Positions 20,052 through 30,419 are shown, numbered from the stretch's first letter. The stretch is DNA of 64,000 nucleotides from Mariniblastus sp. (GCA_029251085.1 JAQXDZ010000039.1:564-64563); one strand, 5' to 3'. Notes: generated from the sequence alone by a model not told the origin. Translations and numbers: made by a program.

Positions 20052-21245
20052 TTAATTCACCTCGAAACCTGAGGCAATCAACTGCGTTCGAACAGCCTTT
20101 CGCATTACATCGCCCAGTGTAGATTCCTTGTCTCCACTGGCTTCGGCAAGGCGTGCTTTTTCGGCTTGGACGTATTTCATTCGCGCTTTGTTTTGTTTCG
20201 CGATTTCGTTTTGAATCGCAGTTCGCTTATCCGCCATTTTCTTTATATAAGCAAGTTGCTCTTTCTTGGGCATTTTCTGCATTGAATCTGGAAGACATTT
20301 TTCTTCCACCTCAGCCAATATATTTTGGTTGCTTTTATAAGTGTCAACCAGGTCGCGGCTAGAGTTACGATAGAGCTTGCCAGCTTTGGTGATGGCTCGC
20401 GATACGGAGTTTGATCCAGCATTGAGATCCTGCTCCACTTGATTCTTCGAATAGCTACTTCGCTTTACCGAATCACCGAACCATAAATAGGTCTGGTTTA
20501 AATCACTGCTTAACTTAATAATTACCGAGTCTTGCGGAGCATCAATGTGAATGACCTTTCGGTCTTGGTCGATGTTTAGATACTTTCCACCTCCGGTAAC
20601 CGCTCCATCCTGCCAAAACTGCTTGATTCCCGTTTTGGCATCACCGCAGTGAATCGTATTGACCACAACTCCCGAGGCAACCGCACTCGCACAGGTTTCT
20701 TTGTAAGCGTCTGGACCTTGATTAAAGGGTTCATTTCCAGCAATGAAAATTGCTTTGTAGGAATCTGTCCGGGTCGACCAGTCAAGCGTTTGAAGCGCGT
20801 CCTCGATTACCGCTCCGCAATATTCGCTACCCCCATGCGTTCTTAAACTGAATAAGGCTTCTGACACTTTATCGAGATCGTCAGTTAAACCACAAACCTG
20901 GCGAATATAGTCTTCTTGTGCGGGCAAGTTGTTATTTCCGTACTCAAAAACAGAAACACGAAACAGCGGTGTGCTTCCAGATTTTTCAGCTTTCGCAAAT
21001 TCCTGAACAATATTCCACAACTGTGCTTTGGCTTGATTGATTAAACCATCCATGGAATTTGAAGTATCCAGCAACAGAGCTACATCCATGGCTGTGCGGC
21101 CCGGCTCCGCACCCGTCTGTTTTGACAAATCACGTTCCTCAACAGGGACTCTTGCATCCTGTGCAAGCGATAGGGATTGGCACATGGCCACGGATAAAAT
21201 CGCGACTAAAGTCAAAGCAATTGATTGGGGCAAATGTCGTCTCAT
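20052..21245 (-). CDS. Exported VWA-domain protein
   Basis: Signal peptide, MIDAS motif DTSNS, GGSEYCG and IFIAGNEPF. Confidence 0.85.
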   Translation of the reverse strand: MRRHLPQSIALTLVAILSVAMCQSLSLAQDARVPVEERDLSKQTGAEPGRTAMDVALLLDTSNSMDGLINQAKAQLWNIVQEFAKAEKSGSTPLFRVSVFEYGNNNLPAQEDYIRQVCGLTDDLDKVSEALFSLRTHGGSEYCGAVIEDALQTLDWSTRTDSYKAIFIAGNEPFNQGPDAYKETCASAVASGVVVNTIHCGDAKTGIKQFWQDGAVTGGGKYLNIDQDRKVIHIDAPQDSVIIKLSSDLNQTYLWFGDSVKRSSYSKNQVEQDLNAGSNSVSRAITKAGKLYRNSSRDLVDTYKSNQNILAEVEEKCLPDSMQKMPKKEQLAYIKKMADKRTAIQNEIAKQNKARMKYVQAEKARLAEASGDKESTLGDVMRKAVRTQLIASGFEVN

Positions 21246-21615
21246 CGGAATCTCCTTTGTGAAATCTATCTTCGTTATGTCAAACGACCTGTTCAGATTC
21301 TACGCATGAGATCTACGTTTATGAGTTTCTAAATAATTGCACGTTACAATGCGGTTACACCCGAGTCAGCGACCCCTAAAAACACTGAACATTTTCATGA
21401 CAGCAAATTGATGTCAGACAAAAAAGTCGTCTGCCTTCGGCTACAAATCACGAGATGGCGGCAAGAGATTTACCAATTCGAGCGCGGTTAAAAAGGGCTT
21501 TATTAAAAAGCCATCCACTTCGAAGCGTTCTTAATCAAGAAATTACAGTTCAGCTCCCCTACCCCGCTGACGTATCGTTTGTCTTCAACGATTCATAGAA
21601 CCAGCGAAACAAAAT

Positions 21616-22827
21616 TTATGAAGCAAATGGATCGTCTATCGATTCACTTGGCTGAGTAAACCAAGAGGGGCCCTGTTCCGTGAGGTAAAAATGATCCTCA
21701 AGCCGAACGCCAAACTTATCGGGGACGACCAACATCGGCTCGTTACTGAATACCATTCCCACCGACATTTTGGTCCCTTCGCCCCGAACCAAATTTGGCC
21801 CTTCGTGAATATCGAGACCACAACCGTGCCCCGTGCGATGCGGTAAACCAGGCAACTCATAGTCTGGGCCAAACCCTGACTCAACAAGAGACGCTCGGGC
21901 AGCTACATCGGAGTCTTCGCAGGACACTCCAATCCCAGCCGCGCTAAATGCAGCTAACTGCGCACGTTTCTCGGCTGCCCAGGCAGATCGATGTTCGTCA
22001 GTAGGCTCTCCAAAACAAAAGCTTCTGGTAATATCCGAAATATACTCATGCAACACACAACCGGTGTCCATCAAAACCCAGTCGTCCGCTTTTAAAACCT
22101 GCGGATCTTTTACACCATGCGGAAACGAAGTCGCCACACCGAATAAGACAATACAAAAATAAGATCCAGCGGGTGCGCCAACTCTTCGGTGCGCTTCATC
22201 AATAAAAGCCTCCACCTCAGTCGTCGTGATTCCCGGCTCCAAAATCGATGCAGCTGATTTTAAAACCGCCAACGTCATTTCGTGAGCTCTTTGAATAATT
22301 GCAATCTCGGCAGGTGTTTTGATACTACGCAAAGCTTGCGTCACCGCCTGGCCAAGTTCAAATTTGAATTCGGGATTGGCTTGAGACAACCCAGTCACCG
22401 TATAAAACGGTGTCGCCTCATCGACAAGAACGGTTCCCTCGCTGATACCGCGACTCAGCATAGCTGAATGGAAACTCTCATAGGGACTCTCATGCTCGTG
22501 CCACCCAACAATAGGGGCTTCAAACATCCAATAATCTCGCAGCGTATCGAGTTCAAAATTTGGAGCAATGTAAAACAGTTCCCCCTCTGCAGGAATAACC
22601 GCGGCCACCATCCGCTCACTGGGATTCCACCTGAGGCCAGTGAAATAAAACAAATTCGTGCTGGCGTGGAGATACATTGCCTGAACGCCTGCAGCCCGAA
22701 GCGACTCCTGCAACCGTTTAATCCGAGCCTCAAACTCGGGTTTGAGAACTGGAGTTACACCTTCCGTCATATCGACGAGTTGATCCAGCGCTTCTTGTCT
22801 TCGTATTCCGCCTACACCTGCAGTCAT
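21616..22827 (-). CDS. Xaa-Pro peptidase (M24 family)
   Basis: PHG, DTGC...Y.SDITR, HRTGHG.GLDIHE, SNEP and GVRLED. Confidence 0.92.
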   Translation of the reverse strand: MTAGVGGIRRQEALDQLVDMTEGVTPVLKPEFEARIKRLQESLRAAGVQAMYLHASTNLFYFTGLRWNPSERMVAAVIPAEGELFYIAPNFELDTLRDYWMFEAPIVGWHEHESPYESFHSAMLSRGISEGTVLVDEATPFYTVTGLSQANPEFKFELGQAVTQALRSIKTPAEIAIIQRAHEMTLAVLKSAASILEPGITTTEVEAFIDEAHRRVGAPAGSYFCIVLFGVATSFPHGVKDPQVLKADDWVLMDTGCVLHEYISDITRSFCFGEPTDEHRSAWAAEKRAQLAAFSAAGIGVSCEDSDVAARASLVESGFGPDYELPGLPHRTGHGCGLDIHEGPNLVRGEGTKMSVGMVFSNEPMLVVPDKFGVRLEDHFYLTEQGPSWFTQPSESIDDPFAS

Positions 22828-22893
22828 CTGATCACTCCCTTACAATAGTTGAAGTTCCTATCATAAGGCACACCGCGACCCGAAATCACCGGT

Positions 22894-24696
22894 CTACTCA
22901 AATTTTATATCATCGAGATAAAAGGTCAGAGGCTCCCCTTGCCCCGCCAATGAGAAATAAAATCCCGTTTTGATTCTTTGCAGATCCTGCCCGGATAAAT
23001 CAATCGTGAATTGCTGCCACTGATCGGTCAGTTTCACCGCGATTTCCTTTTTCGCAGTATCGAAATACGGTTGCTCCCGTCCAATCAAGCCAACGCCAAA
23101 TTTGGACTCCTCGCCACCCTTTTCCCCTCGTGCCCAAAAAGTCAGTTTAGAACCCTCGGAGAGATTATAGCCGCCATCGACTTCACCCCAGTCGTTAGCT
23201 GGACTTTGCCACACAACACCCGCCCAAGCGTCGCCGCGATCATATTTAATTTTAAGACAAGATTTACCCGCCTTGGGTTGAACTTCACAATTAGCTTCCA
23301 GTGCTAGTGATTCATGGGAACCCATGTAACCTGACGGTGTGTATTTGTCTTCGTGCATCTTTTCGTCATAAAGCGTCACTGGTAACGCGACCTTTATTGC
23401 CGGCTTCATTTTGATTGGACCGCGTACTCGGACCGGCAGGTTGGCAACGGCCCCTCCATTTTTCCCGTCGTCCACATAGGCATACACACGATAGAGTCCA
23501 CCCGAGTCAGGCATTTGGATTTCCGCACTGTCCTTATCGGATTTTACGATGTTCTTTTTATAGGTGGATGGAGCCGCCTGAAAATCACCTCCGGTAACAT
23601 AATTGGATGACTCATCTGTCATGACCCAAACCACGTTAATGGGATCCCCGTCAACATCCATCGCGCTCATCTCGAAGTTCACTGTCTCGCCCAACTCGAC
23701 TTCATTTTTTCCTTTTAGTTCGAATTTTGTGATTTCAGGGCAGCGATTTGCCGGAGCCTTGCCCGTCCAAAGTTCAACCATTGAATCGACACTCGCTGTC
23801 CGATTCCCGTTCGGAAGGAGCATTCCAAACCAAGTGGCCGTCGCTTCCTGCTTAAATCCCCAAAGAAAAGCGTAAGAACCAAGGCAATTTTTTGAATCAG
23901 CTTTGAAGCTTCGATAAGATTTCGCGTAGTGTTCAGCTTTATTTTTACTCGAAGGTTCGAGGATAGCGTCAAGATTATTTTTTGAAACCTCCCACGTACC
24001 CACGGGGCCAAATTCTGTGACTACGTAAGGTTTCGTTGAACCCGAATCCGCATATCGCTGACTCAAGGAAGGTCCGCCACCGTAGGAATTGATTCCGATT
24101 ACGTCCACACTTGGGCAAAACTTGTTGATCGCTTCCAACTTCCGACCACCAATTTCAGCAATTACCGTCATGACAGGATGGGCTGAATCAATTTTCTTAA
24201 TCGAACTAGCAAGGTACTCAATATGAGACCAGACCGCTGGATTTGCCCCCTCTCCCTCCATCTCATTGCCAACTCCCCACATGAGAACCGCTGGATGATC
24301 CTTTAGTTCGTTCACACATTCCATGACGACGTCAATCTGTTTCGACATCGAATCGTAATCCTGGTAATTGACACCATGTCGCTCGTGACCAAGCCAAATC
24401 CCGACCGTTACCGAAAGATTCTTCGCATGAGCGGCATCTAAATACTTCCGTGTGTCTTCATTGAAATGCCACGTCCTAAATGAATTCGCCCCAGTCGCTG
24501 CAAGCTCTCCGATGGGGCCGTCGCAACCAACGCCTTTGATGTAGTACGGTTCGCCACCACGAAACAACTGCCAACCCGAGTCCGTTTGTTTCAGTTCGAC
24601 CTGAATTGCTCCGGAATCCTGACCGACCAATAGTTGCGGACAAAAACCCAGGAAGAAGAAAACCGCTGCTGTCAAAGTTTTTGATTTTAAATTCAT
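22894..24696 (-). CDS. Exported clan GH-A glycoside hydrolase (GH158-like, often labelled GH2 TIM barrel) with an Ig-like domain and a C-terminal CBM-like domain; probable endo-beta-1,3-glucanase
   Basis: Signal peptide; acid/base WGVGNE, nucleophile YVVTEFGP, LWGFKQEATATWFG; C-terminal WAGVVWQ.P.NDWG...KLTFWARGEKGGE. Confidence 0.75.
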   Translation of the reverse strand: MNLKSKTLTAAVFFFLGFCPQLLVGQDSGAIQVELKQTDSGWQLFRGGEPYYIKGVGCDGPIGELAATGANSFRTWHFNEDTRKYLDAAHAKNLSVTVGIWLGHERHGVNYQDYDSMSKQIDVVMECVNELKDHPAVLMWGVGNEMEGEGANPAVWSHIEYLASSIKKIDSAHPVMTVIAEIGGRKLEAINKFCPSVDVIGINSYGGGPSLSQRYADSGSTKPYVVTEFGPVGTWEVSKNNLDAILEPSSKNKAEHYAKSYRSFKADSKNCLGSYAFLWGFKQEATATWFGMLLPNGNRTASVDSMVELWTGKAPANRCPEITKFELKGKNEVELGETVNFEMSAMDVDGDPINVVWVMTDESSNYVTGGDFQAAPSTYKKNIVKSDKDSAEIQMPDSGGLYRVYAYVDDGKNGGAVANLPVRVRGPIKMKPAIKVALPVTLYDEKMHEDKYTPSGYMGSHESLALEANCEVQPKAGKSCLKIKYDRGDAWAGVVWQSPANDWGEVDGGYNLSEGSKLTFWARGEKGGEESKFGVGLIGREQPYFDTAKKEIAVKLTDQWQQFTIDLSGQDLQRIKTGFYFSLAGQGEPLTFYLDDIKFE

Positions 24697-24711
24697 TTTT
24701 AGTCGCTTGGT

Positions 24712-27700
24712 TTACTTGCTAAACGGAAATGTAATTTCAATTCTCTCAACAAACGAGTCACGAGAAAACAAATGGCTCGACTCTGCTGCTGTGAGGGTTA
24801 GTTCAGGTCGGAATTTTTCGCCATCACGAGTAACGACTTTGAACTGATGGCTGTCGCCGTTTTGATAAACAACCGGTACCTGGCAAAGCGTGAATGCGAA
24901 TTGATCAAACTGCAACGCCAAGTCAATCCAGGCACCGTCCACATTGAGGTACTGAAAGGTCGTCTCGTTTTTGAGTAATTCAGAGGGTCTCATTAACGAC
25001 GGATCAAAGGAGACAACGCCCTCTTCAATCCGTAAACCAAGTTCAAAGAACCTAGCGAGAATATCCTCTTTCACCTGCCCGGTCATGCCCGGTTGCTGCG
25101 CTCCAGCGTGTTTCGGCGTGTGCGAATATGGATCTGTTGGAATCGCTCCATACTGATCCGGAGTTTTTTCGACGCCAATGCCGCTGCAAATATTATCGTA
25201 ATGAACACGAACTCGTTCTAAAACAGTTCGATCGTGTTCGGAACCGTTCTCAGCAGCACATTTTGCTTTTGCAAGATACCCAACCACTGCCAGCTTCAAC
25301 TTGGAAACCATGTGCCAATAAATTGACCCCAGACCCTCGTAGGCAAAAAACGTACCCGATCGACCGGTGAACGACTTGTGGTCAAACACTTTCTCAAAAA
25401 TTCCGAGAAGGTCTTGGCTCCCGGATGAAACCAAATCACCCCAGTCAAACTGAAGCTCAACCGCTTTCAAACGCTCTTTTAAGACCGAGGAATTTCGTAT
25501 GTCTCCGTTAAAATGCACTCCACCCAGTTTGTCCTTTTTGACAATCGACTCATCGCCTGTTTCCAGCAACTGGCATATCAGTTGCGACCGCTCAACGTCG
25601 CTGACTGGAATCTGGTTTTTCTCAGTAAAGGTTGGAAGATCTCGATCTGGGTAGAGCATGTAGCTGTTTTGATCCACACGATACATTTCACTACCACGCA
25701 AAGCGTCCAGCACCATCAGTGCATCTTCCAGTTCCAGCAGCCCTGAATTCAACACAGAGACCTGCCCCTCTAACATCTCGAACAATCGATTGACCGAGAG
25801 AGTCCCCTCACCAAACGCGAGCACGTTGTAAGCATGATAGAGGCCATCAGAACGCTGGTTGGCCAAGATAGTGTCGTCAAGATAACGCAGGTACAACGTG
25901 AACAAATCATTCAGTTCATCCCTGCGAAACGTGACTTTTTCACCACTAAATCCATCGGAATATATCCCCTTGCGGTATTCGTCACCAATCGCAGAAAGTT
26001 CATCTACAAAGTTCCTACGAGTCGCTGAGGTCCATCCTTGATCAAGCTGCCGAAGATGTGAATTCAGCGCGCTCATTTGGTTTCGTAACGCATGTGCAAC
26101 TTCAACTGAAAACACAAACGCCGGAGATTCCAAATTTGAAATCCAATCATGGAGAAAGCAAAGATACATTCGCAAATCGCACGCCGTCACCACTGACAAA
26201 CCGTTGCCGACAAGCGCATTGTTTGCATCGTTCCATTCTGGACGCTGGGTGTTTAACCAAACCCCACCCCCTGGAACCAGATTGAATATCTTGGCCAACG
26301 AGGGAATTACCAGCTTTTCCAATAGCGACGCGTGACTTACCTCACCGTCCCGCTGAACTAATTTTCCGTCCTCGCCATTCGCGGCTACCTGATTGGTGAT
26401 CTCACGATCGAGGGCCTCGTCAAAAACGATCGTATCGCACGGATCTTCCAGAACGTCAGCATAGGGTTTGATTCGGTAGGGAACGTTTGCAAACGAAAAA
26501 CATTCCTTTGTCAACAAGCCATTCATTTCTGAAGGAAAATATTCACGGCATCGCTCGAGCAGCCGCTGCAGATAGACAATTTGGTGGTCACCCCAGTAGC
26601 CAATATTCGACCATGGATCGCTAGGATCCAGCTTCTCCCACTCAAAACCATTTTTTGTAACGCGGTAAGGATTGTAACCATCCGCTGTTGAGGCGTTCAA
26701 AAACCGTGCGACCATCTTAGGAGCAAACTCTGGATACGAAACCGACAGAGCCTCCCAGTTTTGAAAAATATCCCGCCAATTCCCTTGGTAAAATAATTTT
26801 TCACGACCATTGTCATCCAAAACATCGATGGAAAATTCGTTCCAGGGCCGAGTGGGATCCCCGTGGCGTCGGCTGAATGTCAGCGGCAAGTATTCCATAC
26901 AAATTCGCAACAGACACGGATCATCCTGCTCCGAGACAAGCCGTTCTAACTCGCGATTTTCAATCGAGTCAGCCAGTTGGGTTAAAAACTCAAGATTTCG
27001 ACCGTAGACAATTCGATTCGTCGATTCTACATGCGCGATAAAATCGTCTTTCGGAATTTGATACCCAGAAACAGGTAAACCGCCTCGCATGACATTGTAT
27101 AAAACGTTGGATTGGTGGCGGACTAATTCCCGCTGATTAGCCCCAGCTTGCAGTCCATCAGAGGAAGCGATGTACCGCCTCAACTGTTCGTCGCAAGCCA
27201 CAACATCGGTTTCGACTTCCGAGTTCAACGTTGCGGAAGACTCTCTCCACTGATTGAAGTTGACGACATCCGTCTGGTCTAAATCTAAATTTGCAATGAT
27301 CTTCCATTGCTGCTCACCACCTGCAGGCAGCCCGACCTCAGCGACCTTGAAATAGGCTCCCCGAGAACCACGAATATCTGACTCGGATCGAACGGCGTTA
27401 CCGAGTCTGAATTCATCAATTTGGCGAGAACTTAACAACAACCCCGCATCCTCTAGTCCGATTGACCAAACCACGTTCGCACGAAGCCCCTCATTCGGTT
27501 CGGCCCGATCAGAGGGAATTGAACTCAGGTAGTAAATTCCTAAATCAGAATCAGCGAACCTCTCAGACTTTTTGTATGCATCGCCAAGATTACTGAAACG
27601 CATTTGAAATGTTGGATCAATTGCGGCAGGTAGAATGTTCTGGATACCGTCGAGGACAATGCAGGATTGTGGCAGCACAGAATTGTTGGAGAGGCAAGAT

Positions 27701-28170
27701 TCTCTCACAAAGCCAAACCTCTGACTGAAACTCCATGAATAACGGTACGTCAGTTCCAGGTCGTGATTAACCTCCTCGAAAATAATCTTGCTACCGTTGA
27801 CGTTACGGTAAAGTGACCTCGAAACTCGCGCTTCGGGCGTTGCAGCACCTGCCATCGGCGACCAATGAACTTGTTGGCCATCCGGACGCTGAATTCGGAC
27901 AATCGTCAAAGAACCGGTACTCGATGCCCCGTCAATAATTTTATCCGCGCAGTAATACGGAAACAGGCTCTTACTTGAGTTCTTACGCCCAGCGGTCAAC
28001 GCGCCTCGACTTGTGATAAACATCCAGTGGTCATAAGCGCTTACGATCGAAAGAAAAAACTCGTTCATTTTCTGAACATTGGATATGCGAAAAAACTGCT
28101 CACCACCTAAATCGCAGTAGTCACCGGATACGACTTGGGTTGTGGGCTGAATCATAGATTGCGTATTCAA
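24712..28170 (-). CDS. GH149-type beta-1,3-glucan phosphorylase
   Basis: 1152 aa, no signal peptide; RRHGDP.RPWN, GNWRDIFQNWEAL, DGYNPYR, IGYWGDHQ, RPEWNDANNALVG, YEGLGSIYWHMV, TDPYSHTP and QQPGMTGQVKED. Start TTG 28170 or ATG 28155. Confidence 0.85.
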   Translation of the reverse strand: MNTQSMIQPTTQVVSGDYCDLGGEQFFRISNVQKMNEFFLSIVSAYDHWMFITSRGALTAGRKNSSKSLFPYYCADKIIDGASSTGSLTIVRIQRPDGQQVHWSPMAGAATPEARVSRSLYRNVNGSKIIFEEVNHDLELTYRYSWSFSQRFGFVRESCLSNNSVLPQSCIVLDGIQNILPAAIDPTFQMRFSNLGDAYKKSERFADSDLGIYYLSSIPSDRAEPNEGLRANVVWSIGLEDAGLLLSSRQIDEFRLGNAVRSESDIRGSRGAYFKVAEVGLPAGGEQQWKIIANLDLDQTDVVNFNQWRESSATLNSEVETDVVACDEQLRRYIASSDGLQAGANQRELVRHQSNVLYNVMRGGLPVSGYQIPKDDFIAHVESTNRIVYGRNLEFLTQLADSIENRELERLVSEQDDPCLLRICMEYLPLTFSRRHGDPTRPWNEFSIDVLDDNGREKLFYQGNWRDIFQNWEALSVSYPEFAPKMVARFLNASTADGYNPYRVTKNGFEWEKLDPSDPWSNIGYWGDHQIVYLQRLLERCREYFPSEMNGLLTKECFSFANVPYRIKPYADVLEDPCDTIVFDEALDREITNQVAANGEDGKLVQRDGEVSHASLLEKLVIPSLAKIFNLVPGGGVWLNTQRPEWNDANNALVGNGLSVVTACDLRMYLCFLHDWISNLESPAFVFSVEVAHALRNQMSALNSHLRQLDQGWTSATRRNFVDELSAIGDEYRKGIYSDGFSGEKVTFRRDELNDLFTLYLRYLDDTILANQRSDGLYHAYNVLAFGEGTLSVNRLFEMLEGQVSVLNSGLLELEDALMVLDALRGSEMYRVDQNSYMLYPDRDLPTFTEKNQIPVSDVERSQLICQLLETGDESIVKKDKLGGVHFNGDIRNSSVLKERLKAVELQFDWGDLVSSGSQDLLGIFEKVFDHKSFTGRSGTFFAYEGLGSIYWHMVSKLKLAVVGYLAKAKCAAENGSEHDRTVLERVRVHYDNICSGIGVEKTPDQYGAIPTDPYSHTPKHAGAQQPGMTGQVKEDILARFFELGLRIEEGVVSFDPSLMRPSELLKNETTFQYLNVDGAWIDLALQFDQFAFTLCQVPVVYQNGDSHQFKVVTRDGEKFRPELTLTAAESSHLFSRDSFVERIEITFPFSK

Positions 28171-28515
28171 AAGTGTTCTCGAGTCTCAGTAATAATAAAG
28201 TGTCGACGCTGGTTCAGGGAACTAACAAATTGACCAGAGCGAAATCGAGTGACGAGGCGGGTTTGTATGGGTAAATCCGACCGATTTTCCCCAAGTTCCA
28301 CGATCTCTTGAATTCCGCTTCCCACGAATGTGTCTTCGCATCATGTTTTCGGTATATTTATCAGGTAGGATTAACGCGGGCTTTGACTGGATTGCTGTGC
28401 CCAAGTCCGCCATCTCAATCCCACCGATTAAGCATTTCAAACCAGCTGATTTTCAGCAAGAAACCAAACTCACGCTAAAACCCGCTGAAGCAGGCAAAAC
28501 TGGAAAACAGCGGCT

Positions 28516-28537
28516 TGAAACCGTTTTCATAAATATA
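28516..28537 (-). promoter_or_regulatory. LacI operator O1 with adjacent -10 box, facing GH149 and also upstream of lacI
   Basis: TGAAACCGTTTTCA at 28516-28529. Minus strand reads TATATT-TA-TGAAAACGGTTTCA. Confidence 0.7.
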
Positions 28538-28606
28538 CACAACAAGTCTTCAGAATTCGAGCCTTTAAGCTCAAAATGCACCAGAACAACCGCCGAAATT
28601 GACGTT

Positions 28607-29614
28607 ATGGACCCAAAAAAAATAACTATTCAGGATATAGCGGATTGCGCGAACGTTTCCAAAAGTACTGTCTCCAGGGTCCTGAATAACACGACACCTG
28701 TGAATGACAAGAAACGGGAGGCGGTTATGCGAGCCGTCAAGGATCTGGATTTTGAACCCAACTCGCTCGCCAGCGGCCTCGCCGGCGGCAATTCAATGAT
28801 CATCGGTGTCCAAACCCAAAAGATCGGAAGTCCATTTTACGACTTGGTCACCCGTGGCGTTATTCACTGTCTTACCGACACCAGGTATTCGCCAATTTTG
28901 GTAGATGGTGTTTGGAATAGAGAAATCGAACTCAAAGGCATCGACACGCTTTTGCGTAGACAAATCGACGGACTGATCATCATCGGCGGGGACATTGAAA
29001 AGGATCACCTCCTACGTCTCGCGGCTAAGAAACCATTGCTGTTAGTTGGCAGGGAAGTAGAAGGACTTCAGGATCGCTGTCTCTACGTTGATAACTTTGA
29101 CATCGGTTACCAAGCAACGAAATTCCTAATCGATCTTGGGCATCGCAAGATTGTTCACATCACAGGAATTAAGGCCCATCAGGATTCGGTTAGGCGTCTC
29201 AATGGATACCTTCATGCTCTCGAAGAAGCCAAGATCCCTTACGATGAAGAACTCGTTTATGAAGGAGCCTTTGACGGCCCCTCGGGTGTTAAGGCCATCG
29301 ATACGATCATCTCACGTGGAAAACAATTTACCGCCGTTTTTGCGGCAAATGACATGTCAGCCTTTGGAGCGAGATTAGCGCTTTACCGGCACGGCATTGA
29401 TGTTCCCAATGAGGTCTCACTAATTGGAATTGATGATCAGACTGAGGCTCCGTATATGACGCCGCCAATGACGAGCGTTCGGCAGCCTGCTTTTAAAATG
29501 GGTGTTGCGGCTGGAAACGCAATGCTTGATTTGCTGATGAATAAGGAAATTGAACTGCCCAAGCCCACGGTTCAAATTAGTGTTCGAGAATCTACAGCTA
29601 AGATCGACAACTAA
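28607..29614 (+). CDS. LacI family transcriptional regulator
   Basis: ITIQDIADCANVSKSTVSRVLN HTH, hinge PNSLASGL, and sugar-binding domain (AVFAANDMSA, SLIGIDD). Start placed at ATG 28607. Confidence 0.95.
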   Translation: MDPKKITIQDIADCANVSKSTVSRVLNNTTPVNDKKREAVMRAVKDLDFEPNSLASGLAGGNSMIIGVQTQKIGSPFYDLVTRGVIHCLTDTRYSPILVDGVWNREIELKGIDTLLRRQIDGLIIIGGDIEKDHLLRLAAKKPLLLVGREVEGLQDRCLYVDNFDIGYQATKFLIDLGHRKIVHITGIKAHQDSVRRLNGYLHALEEAKIPYDEELVYEGAFDGPSGVKAIDTIISRGKQFTAVFAANDMSAFGARLALYRHGIDVPNEVSLIGIDDQTEAPYMTPPMTSVRQPAFKMGVAAGNAMLDLLMNKEIELPKPTVQISVRESTAKIDN

Positions 29615-29793
29615 GCTTCGCAACCGTTTCCACACCAGCGACAATTTCATGCTGGCTTGGTAGACCGCAGACAATACCGAGTTTTCTTCATTCGCAAAGA
29701 AAAATCCCCTCGCTAAATTTTAAATTTACCGAAGGGATCTTCTGCTTTAAAACGGATTCGCCCGAGGGCGTTCCATTTTCGAAAAACTTCAAA

Positions 29794-30324
29794 TCAGTTG
29801 ACTTGATTTCCGTTTTTATCAATGTTTGGCGCTGTACTATCTTTCCGAGCGTTCTCTTCTGGTTTGTGCTTACCAGAGAAAAACTCGTCATAGGTCGCTT
29901 GGTCTTCGACTTCTTCAAAAACGCCATTGCCAAACGCGACAATTCGTGCCCCATCGACACCAGTTTTCTCGAAAGCGAGAGGCTCGTAACATCCGCGTTG
30001 ACTACCGGCAACGCCCCAGCGAACCTGAATCTCTTCGTTGTCCCGCTGACTAATGAATACAGATTCGATGTCACTCATGTCAAATCCCATCATTTCGAGA
30101 TTGCCAGTGATCGAAGGATCGTTCAAGAACTTAACAAATGCCTCTTTGTTCTTTGGTCCTTTGTAGTTGTTCTTTTGATGGAACAAAACGTAACTGCTGG
30201 CAATACGCATTGTATTGTTCGAGTTAAGATCACCCACGATTTGTTCGACAGAATTCCCACTACCACAACCTGCTACCATTGCGATGGCAACCATCGCGGA
30301 AGCTAGAGCGCCTCGAATTGACAT
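29794..30324 (-). CDS. Lipoprotein partner of the DUF1559 gene
   Basis: MSIRGALASAMVAIAMVAGC with lipobox VAGC; AAAGGGA RBS before ATG 30324; directly downstream of DUF1559. Confidence 0.8.
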   Translation of the reverse strand: MSIRGALASAMVAIAMVAGCGSGNSVEQIVGDLNSNNTMRIASSYVLFHQKNNYKGPKNKEAFVKFLNDPSITGNLEMMGFDMSDIESVFISQRDNEEIQVRWGVAGSQRGCYEPLAFEKTGVDGARIVAFGNGVFEEVEDQATYDEFFSGKHKPEENARKDSTAPNIDKNGNQVN

Positions 30325-30361
30325 TGTTTTCCCTTTAAAAACGACCATTTATAGTTTCTCC

Positions 30362-30396
30362 AAAAAAAAAGACTCCGCATTCAAGAATGCGGAATC
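30362..30396 (-). terminator. Intrinsic terminator between the DUF1559 and lipoprotein genes
   Basis: Minus strand GATTCCGCATT-CTTG-AATGCGGAGTC followed by T9. Confidence 0.8.
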
Positions 30397-30419
30397 CGAA
30401 TTTGCTTTCATCGTTTTGA

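Noticed and set aside
28328..28606. 93-aa N-terminal extension of LacI in the ORF track
   Set aside because: It overlaps the operator/promoter region, and the HTH begins right after ATG 28607.
29619..29632. CGCAACCGTTTCCA just after lacI as a fourth operator
   Set aside because: Several mismatches to the consensus, and it lies between convergent 3' ends.
29713..29727. CTAAATTTTAAATTT shared between the hairpins near 29710 and 4030
   Set aside because: Low-complexity AT quasi-palindrome with unrelated flanks; not a convincing repeat family.
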